Origin: a plasmid
Sequence record: NZ_CP067021.1
Strand: one strand, 5' to 3'
Length of the DNA: 64,000 bases
Part shown: positions 47,047-56,770 of the stretch, piece by piece
Layout of the letters: each line of letters begins with the position of its first letter
How positions within the stretch are numbered: position 1 is the stretch's first letter
Notes under the pieces: generated by a model
Told to the model about the DNA's origin: nothing
Seen by the model: the letters and a program-made list of their open reading frames with translations, nothing else
Database searches by the model: none
Position numbers and translations under genes: made by a program

Positions 47047-47916
47047 ATGAATATTAATGTGGGTTTTATCATGATCAGTTCTAAAACAATATATGAACTA
47101 TATCAATTGCTGAATCAATCCGAAGTACAAGAATTAAAATCATCTATAACTGAGACTTTTGGTGCAGATGTGGAAAGTGAAGTTGATAAAAGCCCGGTCT
47201 TACAGCAAAAGATCAATTATTTTATTTATCAATATATACATCTCAAGCATCCAGAAAGAACAGACAAGATCTTATTCGATGCAAATGAGTCGGCTCACGA
47301 GGTTGTAAAAACAGAACACCTTAAAAGTGAGCCAGTACCCTTATTAAAAGATTTTGTATCAAACAGCAGCAATAAAAGTTTAGCACCTGAAGAACAAAAA
47401 GATGTAATTGCAGTCACTTTACCAGCCGAATTATCTGACATTCCTGTTGAACCAACAAATCAAAACCATACAGGAAATAATGAAGTAAAACATGACTATA
47501 ACATTATCCTTGATGGTCGAACTAAGCTAAATATATTGCTCGAAAGATATTTAAGTGGTGTTGATGATGTGGCTCGTGAAATCATTGTGAAGTGCTTTCT
47601 TGTTATCTCTATATTTGTAGCACTGATCTCTCTTGTTATGGTTCTTCTGAATACGACCAATATTAACCAGATCCAAGAAATGTATGATATTGGCCATAAA
47701 ACATTCCTATTCCAATATGCTGAAGTCTGCAATGTAAATGTTGAAGTTGCAAAAGCGAATCCATGTGTTATCTCAGAAATCAATAAACGTATTTCTGAAC
47801 TATCAAATAGCAGATTTTGGAACACGTTCGGGGTGGTGCTTTTCTCACTTTTATCGTGCTTTTTCTTCTACCATATCTCTACTTACCGTGATTCTAAAGA
47901 TAAGCACAACGGCTAG
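47047..47916 (+). CDS. Membrane protein, 289 aa (two C-terminal hydrophobic helices)
   Basis: ORF containing hydrophobic segments ISIFVALISLVMVLL and FGVVLFSLLSCFFFY. Confidence 0.55.
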   Translation: MNINVGFIMISSKTIYELYQLLNQSEVQELKSSITETFGADVESEVDKSPVLQQKINYFIYQYIHLKHPERTDKILFDANESAHEVVKTEHLKSEPVPLLKDFVSNSSNKSLAPEEQKDVIAVTLPAELSDIPVEPTNQNHTGNNEVKHDYNIILDGRTKLNILLERYLSGVDDVAREIIVKCFLVISIFVALISLVMVLLNTTNINQIQEMYDIGHKTFLFQYAEVCNVNVEVAKANPCVISEINKRISELSNSRFWNTFGVVLFSLLSCFFFYHISTYRDSKDKHNG

Positions 47917-47941
47917 TCTTAAAAGGAGGGTAGGGTGTTTT

Positions 47942-47970
47942 AAAATGGTCTTAAAAGGCCATTTTTTTAT
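47942..47970 (+). terminator. Rho-independent terminator
   Basis: AAAATGGTC-ttaaaa-GGCCATTTTTTT (one GU wobble). Confidence 0.45.
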
Positions 47971-48047
47971 TTTAATAACAAAGTTTTATAGTTGATAAAA
48001 GGTATTCTAAAAGTATAATAGATACACTCTTAAAACTGGAATGCGTT

Positions 48048-48419
48048 GTGCTTTTTAAAATTCCAAAAACGGGTGAGATTGATTCAAGTGAACAATCGAT
48101 GACAGGCCTGGTACTCAAATCGGCATACAACTTAGTTGCCATTTTCAATATTTGCTACATCTTTGTAGTTGTATTCTTTGTGTTTGAAATGTTTTTAAAT
48201 ACAACGATATACAAGATTAAATATCTACCAGAAACCCTCAATACTCCATCATATATATTGCAAATCATCATATTCATTTTATGTTTTTCTTCACTTCTGT
48301 ATGCGATAAACAAAATGTTTGATGAAAAGTATATCCCTACACGCAAAGAAATCTATCTATTCCTTATCTCTTTTACTATCAATAGTTTATCAATGTTTAA
48401 TTTTTTAGCTACCAAATAA
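48048..48419 (+). CDS. Small membrane protein, 123 aa
   Basis: ORF with three hydrophobic helices; start codon uncertain. Confidence 0.45.
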   Translation: MLFKIPKTGEIDSSEQSMTGLVLKSAYNLVAIFNICYIFVVVFFVFEMFLNTTIYKIKYLPETLNTPSYILQIIIFILCFSSLLYAINKMFDEKYIPTRKEIYLFLISFTINSLSMFNFLATK

Positions 48420-48601
48420 CACTGTAATACCAAGTTCCCACCGTAGCCTAAGCAAAAGTTACCTGTTTTTTTGGGTTTTAAAAGCAGTGAACAAGGGCAG
48501 AATTAAAACACAAAAAAATAAAATTAATAGTTTTAAAAAATATTTTTTAAAACTAAATCAGTGATAATATGTAACCAACGTTAAGTTTAAGAAAGTATAT
48601 T

Positions 48602-49732
48602 ATGTCTGATATTCGCAGCATCTATTTTTACGGTAATAATAAAAGCATCAAATTGGGTAAAAACCCAATCTTAAATACTGTCTTTGAAATTTTTCCAGCC
48701 ACTAAAACCCCTTTAAAGCGGATTCTTAATCATAACCACCAGTGGGTTAGTAATTGCGCTTTTTACGTGCCTAACGATGTGAAAAGTGAATGGGTTAAAA
48801 CGGTAACACTTTCAATTTTGACAATCTCAATTATGGCTTCCTTCCGTAATGCAATTGCACAGCAAAAAGGGTTGTCACCAAACGATGAAGCACTTGATGA
48901 AGAGGTAGAGAACCTTGTGCCAGATTCGTTATTCAATTCTGCTATTGAATTATCGGATCTTAAAAAAAGTTTATTAGAAGTTCTGCCAAATTTAATGAGC
49001 GAATACCTTGCACAAAACTTTGGTGAATACGAAAGCATTATTACAAACGGTGTAGCTAAGCTTTTTATTGATAACCATGAATTTTTGGATAAGCAACTTG
49101 ATTCTGATGCTGGAACAGATAATCAGATTTCAATGTTAAATTTTACTGACAATGCAGATGAATTATTTCACACAACAAACTATATTTTAGTCCGTATTGC
49201 TGATTCAAATGAAAACTTGAAAATCAACTTTACTAACAGCAAACCACATGCAGAACACTTAGGCCGAATTCTGCATACATTGTTGGGGGATGAAAGTTTT
49301 GAGATCTCAAAAGGTTCAATTGAGATACCTAATGACGAAGATGGCCAAGAAATTTTCATCTTTGAAAAAGAAACGAACTTTATTGATTTTTACAATTCAT
49401 TATTGCTGGAAGTTAGTTTTTTTCTAGATCATGCAACAGTCTTAGAGCATATAGAAAAGTATGCACCAATTAACCAAACACTAAGCAGTTTGAGTGAGAA
49501 TTTAGAAAAGAATATTAACTTTGTCATTTCTTCATTCAAAGAAACTCGCGATCTATCTGCATATTTAGAAAGCCGTGCTCAAATCATAGGGTTAATTCAT
49601 GAAGCTGCACAAATCGCCAGCATTGAAATACAGCCAGTTGCTCAGGCTAAGGACCTTAAATCGTTAATTGAATCGCATCACCTGGTTACTTTTAATGATA
49701 AAGACACCTTTAAACAATTTAATTTATTTTGA
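48602..49732 (+). CDS. Hypothetical protein, 376 aa
   Basis: ORF preceded by a long AT-rich intergenic region. Confidence 0.6.
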   Translation: MSDIRSIYFYGNNKSIKLGKNPILNTVFEIFPATKTPLKRILNHNHQWVSNCAFYVPNDVKSEWVKTVTLSILTISIMASFRNAIAQQKGLSPNDEALDEEVENLVPDSLFNSAIELSDLKKSLLEVLPNLMSEYLAQNFGEYESIITNGVAKLFIDNHEFLDKQLDSDAGTDNQISMLNFTDNADELFHTTNYILVRIADSNENLKINFTNSKPHAEHLGRILHTLLGDESFEISKGSIEIPNDEDGQEIFIFEKETNFIDFYNSLLLEVSFFLDHATVLEHIEKYAPINQTLSSLSENLEKNINFVISSFKETRDLSAYLESRAQIIGLIHEAAQIASIEIQPVAQAKDLKSLIESHHLVTFNDKDTFKQFNLF

Positions 49733-49739
49733 GGTGAAT

Positions 49740-50252
49740 ATGAAATTTGTTATTAAAAATGGCATTGGTACACGTAAAGTCGAAGTGGATCTCGCATTAG
49801 ATATACCATTGGTGCTACAAAAATCCATTTCTGTAATTGAGTATGAAGATTTCTTTAAATATTTTAGTGAGCAACATTTTCACATTTGCAAATTTAGAAC
49901 GTTGAACTTTAAAGATAATAGCGTAGAGGGAAGTAGTAAGGAATTAAATCGCTTTATCTGGCTTGCTATGGCACATCAAGCTTATATGGAGCGTAAAGCT
50001 TTACTACCAAGTAAATATATTGCGGATCTAGAAGCTTCAATTTCAAGCATGTTTAATTTAGAGAGCGAATCGCGAGAATGGTACCGAGCTATTCACAAAG
50101 CCATAGATGCTTACCTTAAATCACAATTTCCTGAAGCAATAGATTTTTTACCTTCCAACATTGCACCACTGGATGAAGTGACTAAAATTCTTATGCAAGA
50201 AGTACAGCCAGTGATACCAGTTGCAGACGAGCCAGCGAAGCTTTATAGCTGA
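49740..50252 (+). CDS. Hypothetical protein, 170 aa
   Basis: ATG with GAGGTG RBS (MKFVIKNGIG...). The track's longer start at 49668 overlaps the upstream gene. Confidence 0.55.
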   Translation: MKFVIKNGIGTRKVEVDLALDIPLVLQKSISVIEYEDFFKYFSEQHFHICKFRTLNFKDNSVEGSSKELNRFIWLAMAHQAYMERKALLPSKYIADLEASISSMFNLESESREWYRAIHKAIDAYLKSQFPEAIDFLPSNIAPLDEVTKILMQEVQPVIPVADEPAKLYS

Positions 50253-50271
50253 TTCTAGAAATAATTAAGAC

Positions 50272-50308
50272 ATAAAAAAACCATCTAAAAATTAGATGGT
50301 TTTTTTTG
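50272..50308. terminator. Bidirectional rho-independent terminator between convergent genes
   Basis: A7-CCATCTA-aaaat-TAGATGG-T8. Confidence 0.6.
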
Positions 50309-50317
50309 TTTGTGTTT

Positions 50318-50980
50318 TTATAATTTTGCGAATACTTCAGGATTGTCATTCATAAACTGTTCAATGAAATCATTGTCTAATTCGACATGTTTTGGAAGCT
50401 TCTCATGTTCACGAACAATGGATTTTATAGATTCAATATTTTGCTGATTGAAAACAGGTGTTGTACGGCTCTTATAGCCAGTATCAGCCATCGCATAGCG
50501 ATCATCAAACATACCTGAAGAGGTATTAGAATCGACTTCTGAGTCGCTTATAGATAGTGTTAAGTTGCGGTCTTCAGCTAACTTTAAAATGAATTCGTCA
50601 GAGATAAAGTTACGTAGCTCATGCAGCATAGATTCAACTTTATTGTGTTTAAAAAGCACCTTTGCAATTGAACGACAAGATAAGAAACCTTTTGTGATGT
50701 TTAGATCTAGTAATTTTTGAGGAATGATTGGATCGCTTTTCTTGTTGCTATTCGCGATCTGTTCAACTTCTTCATCAGTCATAGAAGCTATAATGTTTTT
50801 AAAGAAATTGCCATATTGAAACTTTTCAATTTTCTCCAGCATTGTCACTTGTTCTGTATCTAATAAGCAAAAAGAAATAGGTTTAAGCTTGCGTTGGTCG
50901 GTTTTGCTTAAACTGCCATTTTGGTTTAAGCGGTTCTCTTTGGTTTTAGCGTTAGTTTTAGAGTTAGTCATTTTAAACAC
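50318..50980 (-). CDS. Hypothetical protein, 220 aa
   Basis: ORF convergent with the upstream plus-strand genes. Confidence 0.55.
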   Translation of the reverse strand: MFKMTNSKTNAKTKENRLNQNGSLSKTDQRKLKPISFCLLDTEQVTMLEKIEKFQYGNFFKNIIASMTDEEVEQIANSNKKSDPIIPQKLLDLNITKGFLSCRSIAKVLFKHNKVESMLHELRNFISDEFILKLAEDRNLTLSISDSEVDSNTSSGMFDDRYAMADTGYKSRTTPVFNQQNIESIKSIVREHEKLPKHVELDNDFIEQFMNDNPEVFAKL

Positions 50981-51135
50981 CTTTCAATATGTTTTAAACT
51001 TTGGTTAATACCAATAATCATATTATAAGTGGTTTTAGCTAAAATACAAAAAATGAACATTTTGTTTTTTTAAAAAAATCTTTTAAATGTTTTTCGTATA
51101 TACTATAAGAATATCTATCTTAAAAGGTATAACTC

Positions 51136-51558
51136 GTGATTAAAACTGATACAGGCGATACGGTTGGAGGGGGTTTAACGAATCCTCAGGATGAAGTTCT
51201 AGCATTGTTAGAAGAGTGCTTAAACTCTGAACAATATACAGCTCGTATTACTTATATTTGTGAAGATGGCGGTCAATTAGTAGGTAAAAAGGCAGCTTTA
51301 AAGATTTTAAAGGAACAAGAGGACAATGGTTTAATGCTGGTTCCAATACCAGTCTTAGGAAAACAACTAAGAGTCTGGAGTGGTTTAAGTAAAACCAAAA
51401 TGTCTAGTCACACAGGATTGTACAACAATATACAGTGGTCAAAGTTTGAAAGTGGCGAAAAGTTAATAACAAAGCAAGCGTGGACATTACTTCAACTTAG
51501 ACTTGGGGTTCATCCAAAATACAAATTGGTTTTAAAAAATGAATTAGATGTCGAGTGA
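51136..51558 (+). CDS. Hypothetical protein, 140 aa (GTG start)
   Basis: ORF with AAAGG RBS 9 nt upstream of GTG. Confidence 0.5.
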   Translation: MIKTDTGDTVGGGLTNPQDEVLALLEECLNSEQYTARITYICEDGGQLVGKKAALKILKEQEDNGLMLVPIPVLGKQLRVWSGLSKTKMSSHTGLYNNIQWSKFESGEKLITKQAWTLLQLRLGVHPKYKLVLKNELDVE

Positions 51559-52073
51559 ATTATATGTTAGTGAAATTAGCCCTTAGTGGTCATGCTTCTC
51601 CAGAAGCTTTAAGTAAATTTGAACGTATCAAAGCGTATGTGCCAGATAGCGCACCTGTTTTGGTCACATACTTTAATAAACAAGTTTTATTAAGTGATCT
51701 ACTGGTTAATTTTTCTAATTTTTTACCATCGCTCGAAATCACAAAAGATAAAGACATGCTGGTTACGATTAGAGGAAATGAAACACCTTTAGTCGAATTT
51801 ATTGTCAATTTAAAACTATACAGCATGAAATTAGGCAAACTTTTCTTTGAATTTGAGAATCAATTTAAAGAAAAAGAGCAAGACTTTAAGGGCTTTATTA
51901 AACGTCACAAACTTAAAGGTTTTGATCATGCCAATTTTGTTAATTACGTGAAACTAGGTGCATATGATAGTGCTTTAGACATTATCAAACACCAGTACGA
52001 AAGCGTTAAAAAAACATTCTTTGTACTGTTTAAAGATCGTTTCACCCTATTAGAAAGCAAGGGTTTTATTTAA
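51555..52073 (+). CDS. Hypothetical protein, 172 aa
   Basis: GTGA overlap with the upstream gene; alternative ATG at 51564. Confidence 0.5.
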   Translation: MNYMLVKLALSGHASPEALSKFERIKAYVPDSAPVLVTYFNKQVLLSDLLVNFSNFLPSLEITKDKDMLVTIRGNETPLVEFIVNLKLYSMKLGKLFFEFENQFKEKEQDFKGFIKRHKLKGFDHANFVNYVKLGAYDSALDIIKHQYESVKKTFFVLFKDRFTLLESKGFI

Positions 52074-52082
52074 GGATATTCT

Positions 52083-52571
52083 ATGGAAATGTTAGATCCA
52101 TCAAACACAAACCCTGGGCTCTTTTTAGTCATAATGGCTACGGCAATTGGTACCATACTTTTTGGTTTTTTAATTGTCGCTTTAATTGCACGATATAAGT
52201 TCAAGATTAGAGTTACGGTATCTAGTTTTATAGCTGCAGTTACTTTATCTGTATTTAGCTTTATATGCTTTGGTTCACTTGGTCCGATGGAACCTAAATA
52301 CAGTACTTCAGTTGTTCAGCTTTATGCGTTGGGCTTACTGGCTGGTACTTTAATATTAAATATAGTTCTTCTGAAATTATTCAGCCCTAAAACTATTGAA
52401 CAGTTAGCTTTGAAAGGTTTTAATAAGTCAGAAAATGAACAAAAAGAGCATTACAAAAACATCTTAAAAGAGTTTAAATGTATTACTGATTTGGAAGATA
52501 AAAACAAGCTTAATAAGCGCAGTTTTAACTTGTTAAATGTTTTTAAACATAAAGGAAAACAAAATGTTTGA
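52083..52571 (+). CDS. Membrane protein, 162 aa (three hydrophobic helices)
   Basis: ORF with hydrophobic N-terminal two-thirds. Confidence 0.5.
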   Translation: MEMLDPSNTNPGLFLVIMATAIGTILFGFLIVALIARYKFKIRVTVSSFIAAVTLSVFSFICFGSLGPMEPKYSTSVVQLYALGLLAGTLILNIVLLKLFSPKTIEQLALKGFNKSENEQKEHYKNILKEFKCITDLEDKNKLNKRSFNLLNVFKHKGKQNV

Positions 52572-53343
52572 TTTTAAGATGAAATCTTTGTGTGTTTTGG
52601 CTGTTGCCGGATCTCTTTTAACTGGTTGCGTATCTAGTACTATTGATGGAATGGGTTCTAAACGCAAACAAATCATGTTGTATTCTGAAAAAGAATATCT
52701 TCAGCAAAGTACTCAGTCTTACAACAACATCATCACGACTGCTAAACAGCGTGGATTGATTGTGAATAACGCTCAAGTAAATAGAGTAGCAAAACGTCTT
52801 ATCGCACAAGTTCCACATTATCGAGCTGACGCAGCAAATTGGAATTGGGAAGTTAATACAATCCGAGATAATGAAATCAACGCGTTTTGTCTATCTGGAG
52901 GCAAGATCGGTGTGTTGACTGGTTCTATCACAAAAATTAATGCAACTGATGATGAATTGGCTGCACTGATCGGCCACGAAATTGCACATGCTTTACGTGA
53001 TCATGGGCGTGAAAAGGTAAGTAAAAAGCTTTTAACTGGTTTAGGTGTGCTTGCAGCTAGTTCGGCTGGTCTTGGTGACATGGTTGTATCTGGCACAAGT
53101 TTACTAGGCGATTATGGGGTTAACTTACCTGGTTCGCGCAAACTTGAAAGTGAAGCGGATCTTCTAGGTGTTGATATTATGGTTCGTGCTGGTTACAACC
53201 CACAGGGCGCAGTCAGCTTTTGGAATAAAGTAGTAGCCCAAGAAAAACAGGGCACTAAAATTGATTTCTTATCAACGCATCCTACTTCAGAAAAAAGAAT
53301 TGTAGCGATCCAAGAATACATCAACCAAAATTACAGGAAATAA
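52564..53343 (+). CDS. M48-family zinc metallopeptidase lipoprotein
   Basis: Lipoprotein signal with lipobox LLTGC. HEIAH zinc-binding motif (LIGHEIAHALRDHG), as in LoiP/YfgC-type peptidases. AAGGA RBS 7 nt upstream of ATG at 52564. Confidence 0.75.
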   Translation: MFDFKMKSLCVLAVAGSLLTGCVSSTIDGMGSKRKQIMLYSEKEYLQQSTQSYNNIITTAKQRGLIVNNAQVNRVAKRLIAQVPHYRADAANWNWEVNTIRDNEINAFCLSGGKIGVLTGSITKINATDDELAALIGHEIAHALRDHGREKVSKKLLTGLGVLAASSAGLGDMVVSGTSLLGDYGVNLPGSRKLESEADLLGVDIMVRAGYNPQGAVSFWNKVVAQEKQGTKIDFLSTHPTSEKRIVAIQEYINQNYRK

Positions 53344-53358
53344 TATAAGGAGCTGGTT

Positions 53359-54294
53359 ATGGATATTTACACAGTTATCCGAGTGAGCAAAAAGTTGTTT
53401 GACCACGGTTATGTTGTAATACCAGAACACAAAGTAGATTTTAAATCGGCTTTACTGCTCTTAAATGAACAAACCGTTGATGATCGATTTCTAATATCTA
53501 AAGATATAGTAGGTGCTGAAATCAGAGGGAATTTTGCCTTAATTGAAAAGGAGGGGAAGTTTCAATTGTTTACCAAAGGAATAGATTACTTTTGTTTGAA
53601 TGTTGAGCCTGAAAAATCCAGTACTGATCCTAAACCTGAAAAAGAGGTAAAAAAGAGTAAAGTAGTTCTCAAAAACCGTTATTTATATAAAAGTGGCGTG
53701 AAGAAGATAGGGGAGCTGGACACGTACAAGAAAAGAAGCGTCAAGATTACGAATGTAGGAAAACCATTTGTACTAAAACAAAAATTGCATGACGTTCCAG
53801 ATTGGCTTTTTGAAAAGCTAAAAGACCAAGATGTATGTTGGATCTATTTTGAATATGCTGAAGAACAATTATCAGAGGCACCAATAGAAACTGCACCAAT
53901 CAATTTAAAAAGTGACATTGAAAGTTGTGTTAAATACTTTAAGTTACATGGTGAAAAAACAAGAAAAAAACCAATTATCAATGCTGAAGCACCAGGTAAC
54001 GTAAACCTATTCAGATATTGTGATTTACGGCGCATTGATCAGGAATTAAAAGTCTTATTTGTTTGTAGTGAAAACTATCTTTGGTTACTGGAACAAAATA
54101 GACAAGATCCACTACCTAACATCAAATTAAACAATATTAGTTTTGGCGGTTGGATCATTCCCAAGACGACAAACCAAGATATGTTGAATAAGCTAATAAT
54201 GTTAGATAAAGAATTAAAAACGAATCCAGATGCTTATCTTCTAAGTGTACGAGAGAGAGATGGATCCGTAAATTTGAACAACTCCTATAAGTGA
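53359..54294 (+). CDS. Hypothetical protein, 311 aa; last 3 codons and stop are supplied by the IS3-family left inverted repeat, so it is possibly C-terminally truncated
   Basis: ORF ends ...AAC TCC TAT AAG TGA, where TATAAGTGA is the start of the IS inverted repeat (54286-54304). Confidence 0.55.
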   Translation: MDIYTVIRVSKKLFDHGYVVIPEHKVDFKSALLLLNEQTVDDRFLISKDIVGAEIRGNFALIEKEGKFQLFTKGIDYFCLNVEPEKSSTDPKPEKEVKKSKVVLKNRYLYKSGVKKIGELDTYKKRSVKITNVGKPFVLKQKLHDVPDWLFEKLKDQDVCWIYFEYAEEQLSEAPIETAPINLKSDIESCVKYFKLHGEKTRKKPIINAEAPGNVNLFRYCDLRRIDQELKVLFVCSENYLWLLEQNRQDPLPNIKLNNISFGGWIIPKTTNQDMLNKLIMLDKELKTNPDAYLLSVRERDGSVNLNNSYK

Positions 54295-54328
54295 TATTCT
54301 GCTCCTCAAATGATGTTATAAACATCAA

Positions 54329-55060
54329 GGCTCTAGACTAGCAAAATGATTATGTTAGTCTAGAATCATGATAGAAAACAGTAAATTAAGTCACTACAAG
54401 ATTAAAAAAATTATTCAATGCTTTTGTGTTGATATTCCTGCTTCCAAAACAGCCTTATTACTCAATTTAAATCGTAATACGATTAACTATTGGTACATGC
54501 TTTTTAGAGAAACTATCTATGATCATCAAACAGATTTAAGAGCTAAGTTTGTTGGTTCAATAGAAGTAGATGAAAGCTATTTTGGAGCGAAAAGGCAACG
54601 TGGGTTTCATGGAAAGTTAAAGTGTGGTCGTGGGACTCTAAAACAGCCAGTATTTGGAATATTCGAACGTAATGGGCGCGTCTATACTGAAATCGTACCT
54701 GACTGTAAAATGAAGACTTTACAAGAGGTTATCATTGGTAAAGTTTCACTTGAGAGTGTGATTTATAGTGATGGATGGCGTGGCTATAATGGTCTTGTTG
54801 ATGTGGGTTATTCAAAGCATTTTAGGGTAAATCACGGAGCAAATGAGTTTGCTAGAGGAGAATGTCATATAAATGGAATAGAATCATTTTGGAGCTTTTG
54901 TAAAAGAAGGCTAGCAAAGTTTAACGGCATATCAAAAGAGTACTTTGATTATCATCTTAAAGAAACTGAATGGCGTTGGATGAGGGAACCTAATGAGTTA
55001 GCAACTGAGCTGTGGAACCTCATTAGGTAAAATTAAGTGTAAATCTGCTAGTCTAGAGCC
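54329..55060 (+). mobile_element. IS1595-family insertion sequence (732 bp) with 15-bp perfect terminal inverted repeats and a 7-bp target-site duplication ACATCAA
   Basis: Left end GGCTCTAGACTAGCA (54329-54343) is reverse-complementary to the right end TGCTAGTCTAGAGCC (55046-55060). Direct repeats ACATCAA at 54322-54328 and 55061-55067. Confidence 0.8.
54368..55030 (+). CDS. IS1595-family DDE transposase, 220 aa
   Basis: Single ORF filling the IS. Sequence (..IEVDESYFGAKRQRG..VFGIFERNGRVYTEIVPD..YSDGWRGYNGL..) fits the IS1595/ISPna2-type transposase pattern from memory. Confidence 0.8.
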   Translation: MIENSKLSHYKIKKIIQCFCVDIPASKTALLLNLNRNTINYWYMLFRETIYDHQTDLRAKFVGSIEVDESYFGAKRQRGFHGKLKCGRGTLKQPVFGIFERNGRVYTEIVPDCKMKTLQEVIIGKVSLESVIYSDGWRGYNGLVDVGYSKHFRVNHGANEFARGECHINGIESFWSFCKRRLAKFNGISKEYFDYHLKETEWRWMREPNELATELWNLIR

Positions 55061-55082
55061 ACATCAATATATGGAGTATTTT

Positions 55083-55388
55083 ATGGCACGTAGACCAAGA
55101 AGAAATCATTCAAATGATTTTAAAGCTAAGGTAGCACTTGCTGCGATTAAAGCAGAAAAAACACTTGCTGAATTGAGTGCTGAGTTTGATGTTCATCAAA
55201 ACCAAATTATTGACTGGAAAAATCAATTGATCTCAGCTTCCTCGCAAGCTTTCGATCAATCAAAAGCTCCAACAGAACCACCCATCGATCTAAAAAAACT
55301 ACATGCAAAAATCGGTGAGCAGGCATTAGAAATTGATTTTTTAGAAGGTGTGTTGAAGAAACTGGGCCGCTTCAACCACAAAAGTTAA
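55083..55388 (+). CDS. IS3-family transposase OrfA (helix-turn-helix and leucine-zipper part)
   Basis: MARRPRRNHSNDFKAKVALAAI...LAELSAEFDVHQNQIIDWK, typical of IS3 OrfA. Start taken at the second ATG. Confidence 0.8.
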   Translation: MARRPRRNHSNDFKAKVALAAIKAEKTLAELSAEFDVHQNQIIDWKNQLISASSQAFDQSKAPTEPPIDLKKLHAKIGEQALEIDFLEGVLKKLGRFNHKS

Positions 55389-56215
55389 TCGACGACTCAC
55401 TTCAGATTTCAGTATCTAAGCAAGCTAAGCTGCTGAAAGTCTCCCGTGGTTGTTATTACTATCGCCCAAAACCTGTGAGTGCATCAGATCTGAAGCTGAT
55501 GCGATGTATTGATGAATTACATATGCAATATCCTTTTGCAGGCAGTCGTATGATGCGTGATTTGTTGAATCGTCAAGGACATCATATAGGACGACGTCAT
55601 ACACGTACTTTAATGAAGAAAATGGGTATTCAGGCGTTATATTGCAAACCAAATTTAAGCCAGGCTAATCAAGCTCACCGTAAATATCCATATCTGCTCA
55701 AAGGGTTGGCTATTCAGCGCAGTAATCAAGTGTGGTCTACGGATATAACGTATATCCCTATGGCAAAAGGCTTTGTTTATTTATGTGCTGTGATTGATTG
55801 GCATAGCCGCAAGGTACTTGCGCATAGGGTATCGATTAGTATGGAGGTGGATTTTTGTATTTCGGCTTTAAATGAAGCGATTGAAAAATATGGTCGACCT
55901 GAAATATTTAATACAGACCAAGGCAGCCAGTTTACCAGTGATGCATTTATTGATGTATTGAAATCAAATGGCATTCAAATCAGTATGGATGGTAAAGGTC
56001 GATGGGTAGATAATGTGATGGTTGAACGATTATGGCGGAGCGTTAAATATGAAGAGGTGTATCTCAAAGCTTATAGCAGTGTCACAGATGCGAAAAAGCA
56101 ATTAAGTGCATATTTTGAGTTTTATAATTTGAAACGACCTCATTCGAGTCTAGACAAAATGACACCAAATGAGTTTTACTATGATCAGCTACCCCAACAA
56201 AACAAGGTGGCTTAA
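55337..56215 (+). CDS. IS3-family transposase OrfB (DDE catalytic domain), expressed as an OrfAB fusion by -1 programmed frameshift
   Basis: The -1 frame opens at 55337, right at a T-TTT-TTA heptamer, and overlaps the orfA 3-prime end. DDE core motifs STDITYIP...DQGSQFTS...ERLWRSVKYEE. Confidence 0.8.
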   Translation, partial: FFRRCVEETGPLQPQKLIDDSLQISVSKQAKLLKVSRGCYYYRPKPVSASDLKLMRCIDELHMQYPFAGSRMMRDLLNRQGHHIGRRHTRTLMKKMGIQALYCKPNLSQANQAHRKYPYLLKGLAIQRSNQVWSTDITYIPMAKGFVYLCAVIDWHSRKVLAHRVSISMEVDFCISALNEAIEKYGRPEIFNTDQGSQFTSDAFIDVLKSNGIQISMDGKGRWVDNVMVERLWRSVKYEEVYLKAYSSVTDAKKQLSAYFEFYNLKRPHSSLDKMTPNEFYYDQLPQQNKVA

Positions 56216-56470
56216 CTAGAGCGGAATATCACTTATAAATACGCTTTTAGTTGTTCAAACAAGTGGGACCACCTCTAGAGTAAAGTACTCTCGTACAATA
56301 ACTATTGTAATGCTACTAATTAAGTTGCTTAAATCTAAATAATTAAACATAGCTGCAAACATGAATCTCAATTTTTTATTCGGCTTTATCATAATTATTG
56401 TTGGCGGTGGTGCAGCAATAGTTGCGCTTCGTTCAATGTTAGAAAATGAAATTTTTATGAAGGATAGTAT

Positions 56471-56770
56471 ATGGCTATGAATAATTCTAAATTCGATAAA
56501 TACTTATTGCGCTCATTTTTAAAAAATACTGGACTTGCAATAATTTCAATTAGTGCAATAGCATTGGTTATATTTGCATGTTATGTGGTTTATATAGGAA
56601 TAGGAAAAGCATCAACTTATGTATTCAATAACTTTGTACTAACTCTAAAAACTATTGGCTATATCGTATTATTTTTAATCGCTTTAAATTTAGTTATCTG
56701 TTTTATTGAAAATGTTATCAAAGAAGCCAATCAAAAAAGGAGTGAAGATAGTTCAGAAGATAATGTATGA
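56471..56770 (+). CDS. Small membrane protein, 99 aa
   Basis: Two hydrophobic helices. A 39-codon hydrophobic ORF (56361-56480) sits immediately upstream and overlaps it. Confidence 0.4.
   Translation: MAMNNSKFDKYLLRSFLKNTGLAIISISAIALVIFACYVVYIGIGKASTYVFNNFVLTLKTIGYIVLFLIALNLVICFIENVIKEANQKRSEDSSEDNV

Larger units (their letters stand above)
54286..56238 (+). mobile_element. IS3-family insertion sequence (about 1214 bp of its own sequence) carrying a nested IS1595-family element in its 5-prime leader
   Basis: 19-bp terminal inverted repeats TATAAGTGATATTCTGCTC (54286-54304) and GAGCGGAATATCACTTATA (56220-56238), 18 of 19 complementary. orfA and orfB in -1 frame arrangement. Confidence 0.7.

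Noticed and set aside
49668-49739. Longer start for the 170-aa gene
   Set aside because: It would overlap the preceding gene by 65 nt. The downstream ATG at 49740 has a GAGGTG ribosome-binding site.
55292-55298. A-AAA-AAA heptamer as the IS3 frameshift site
   Set aside because: The -1 frame hits a TGA stop at 55316-55318 just downstream. The usable overlap window is 55337-55388, where a T-TTT-TTA heptamer lies.
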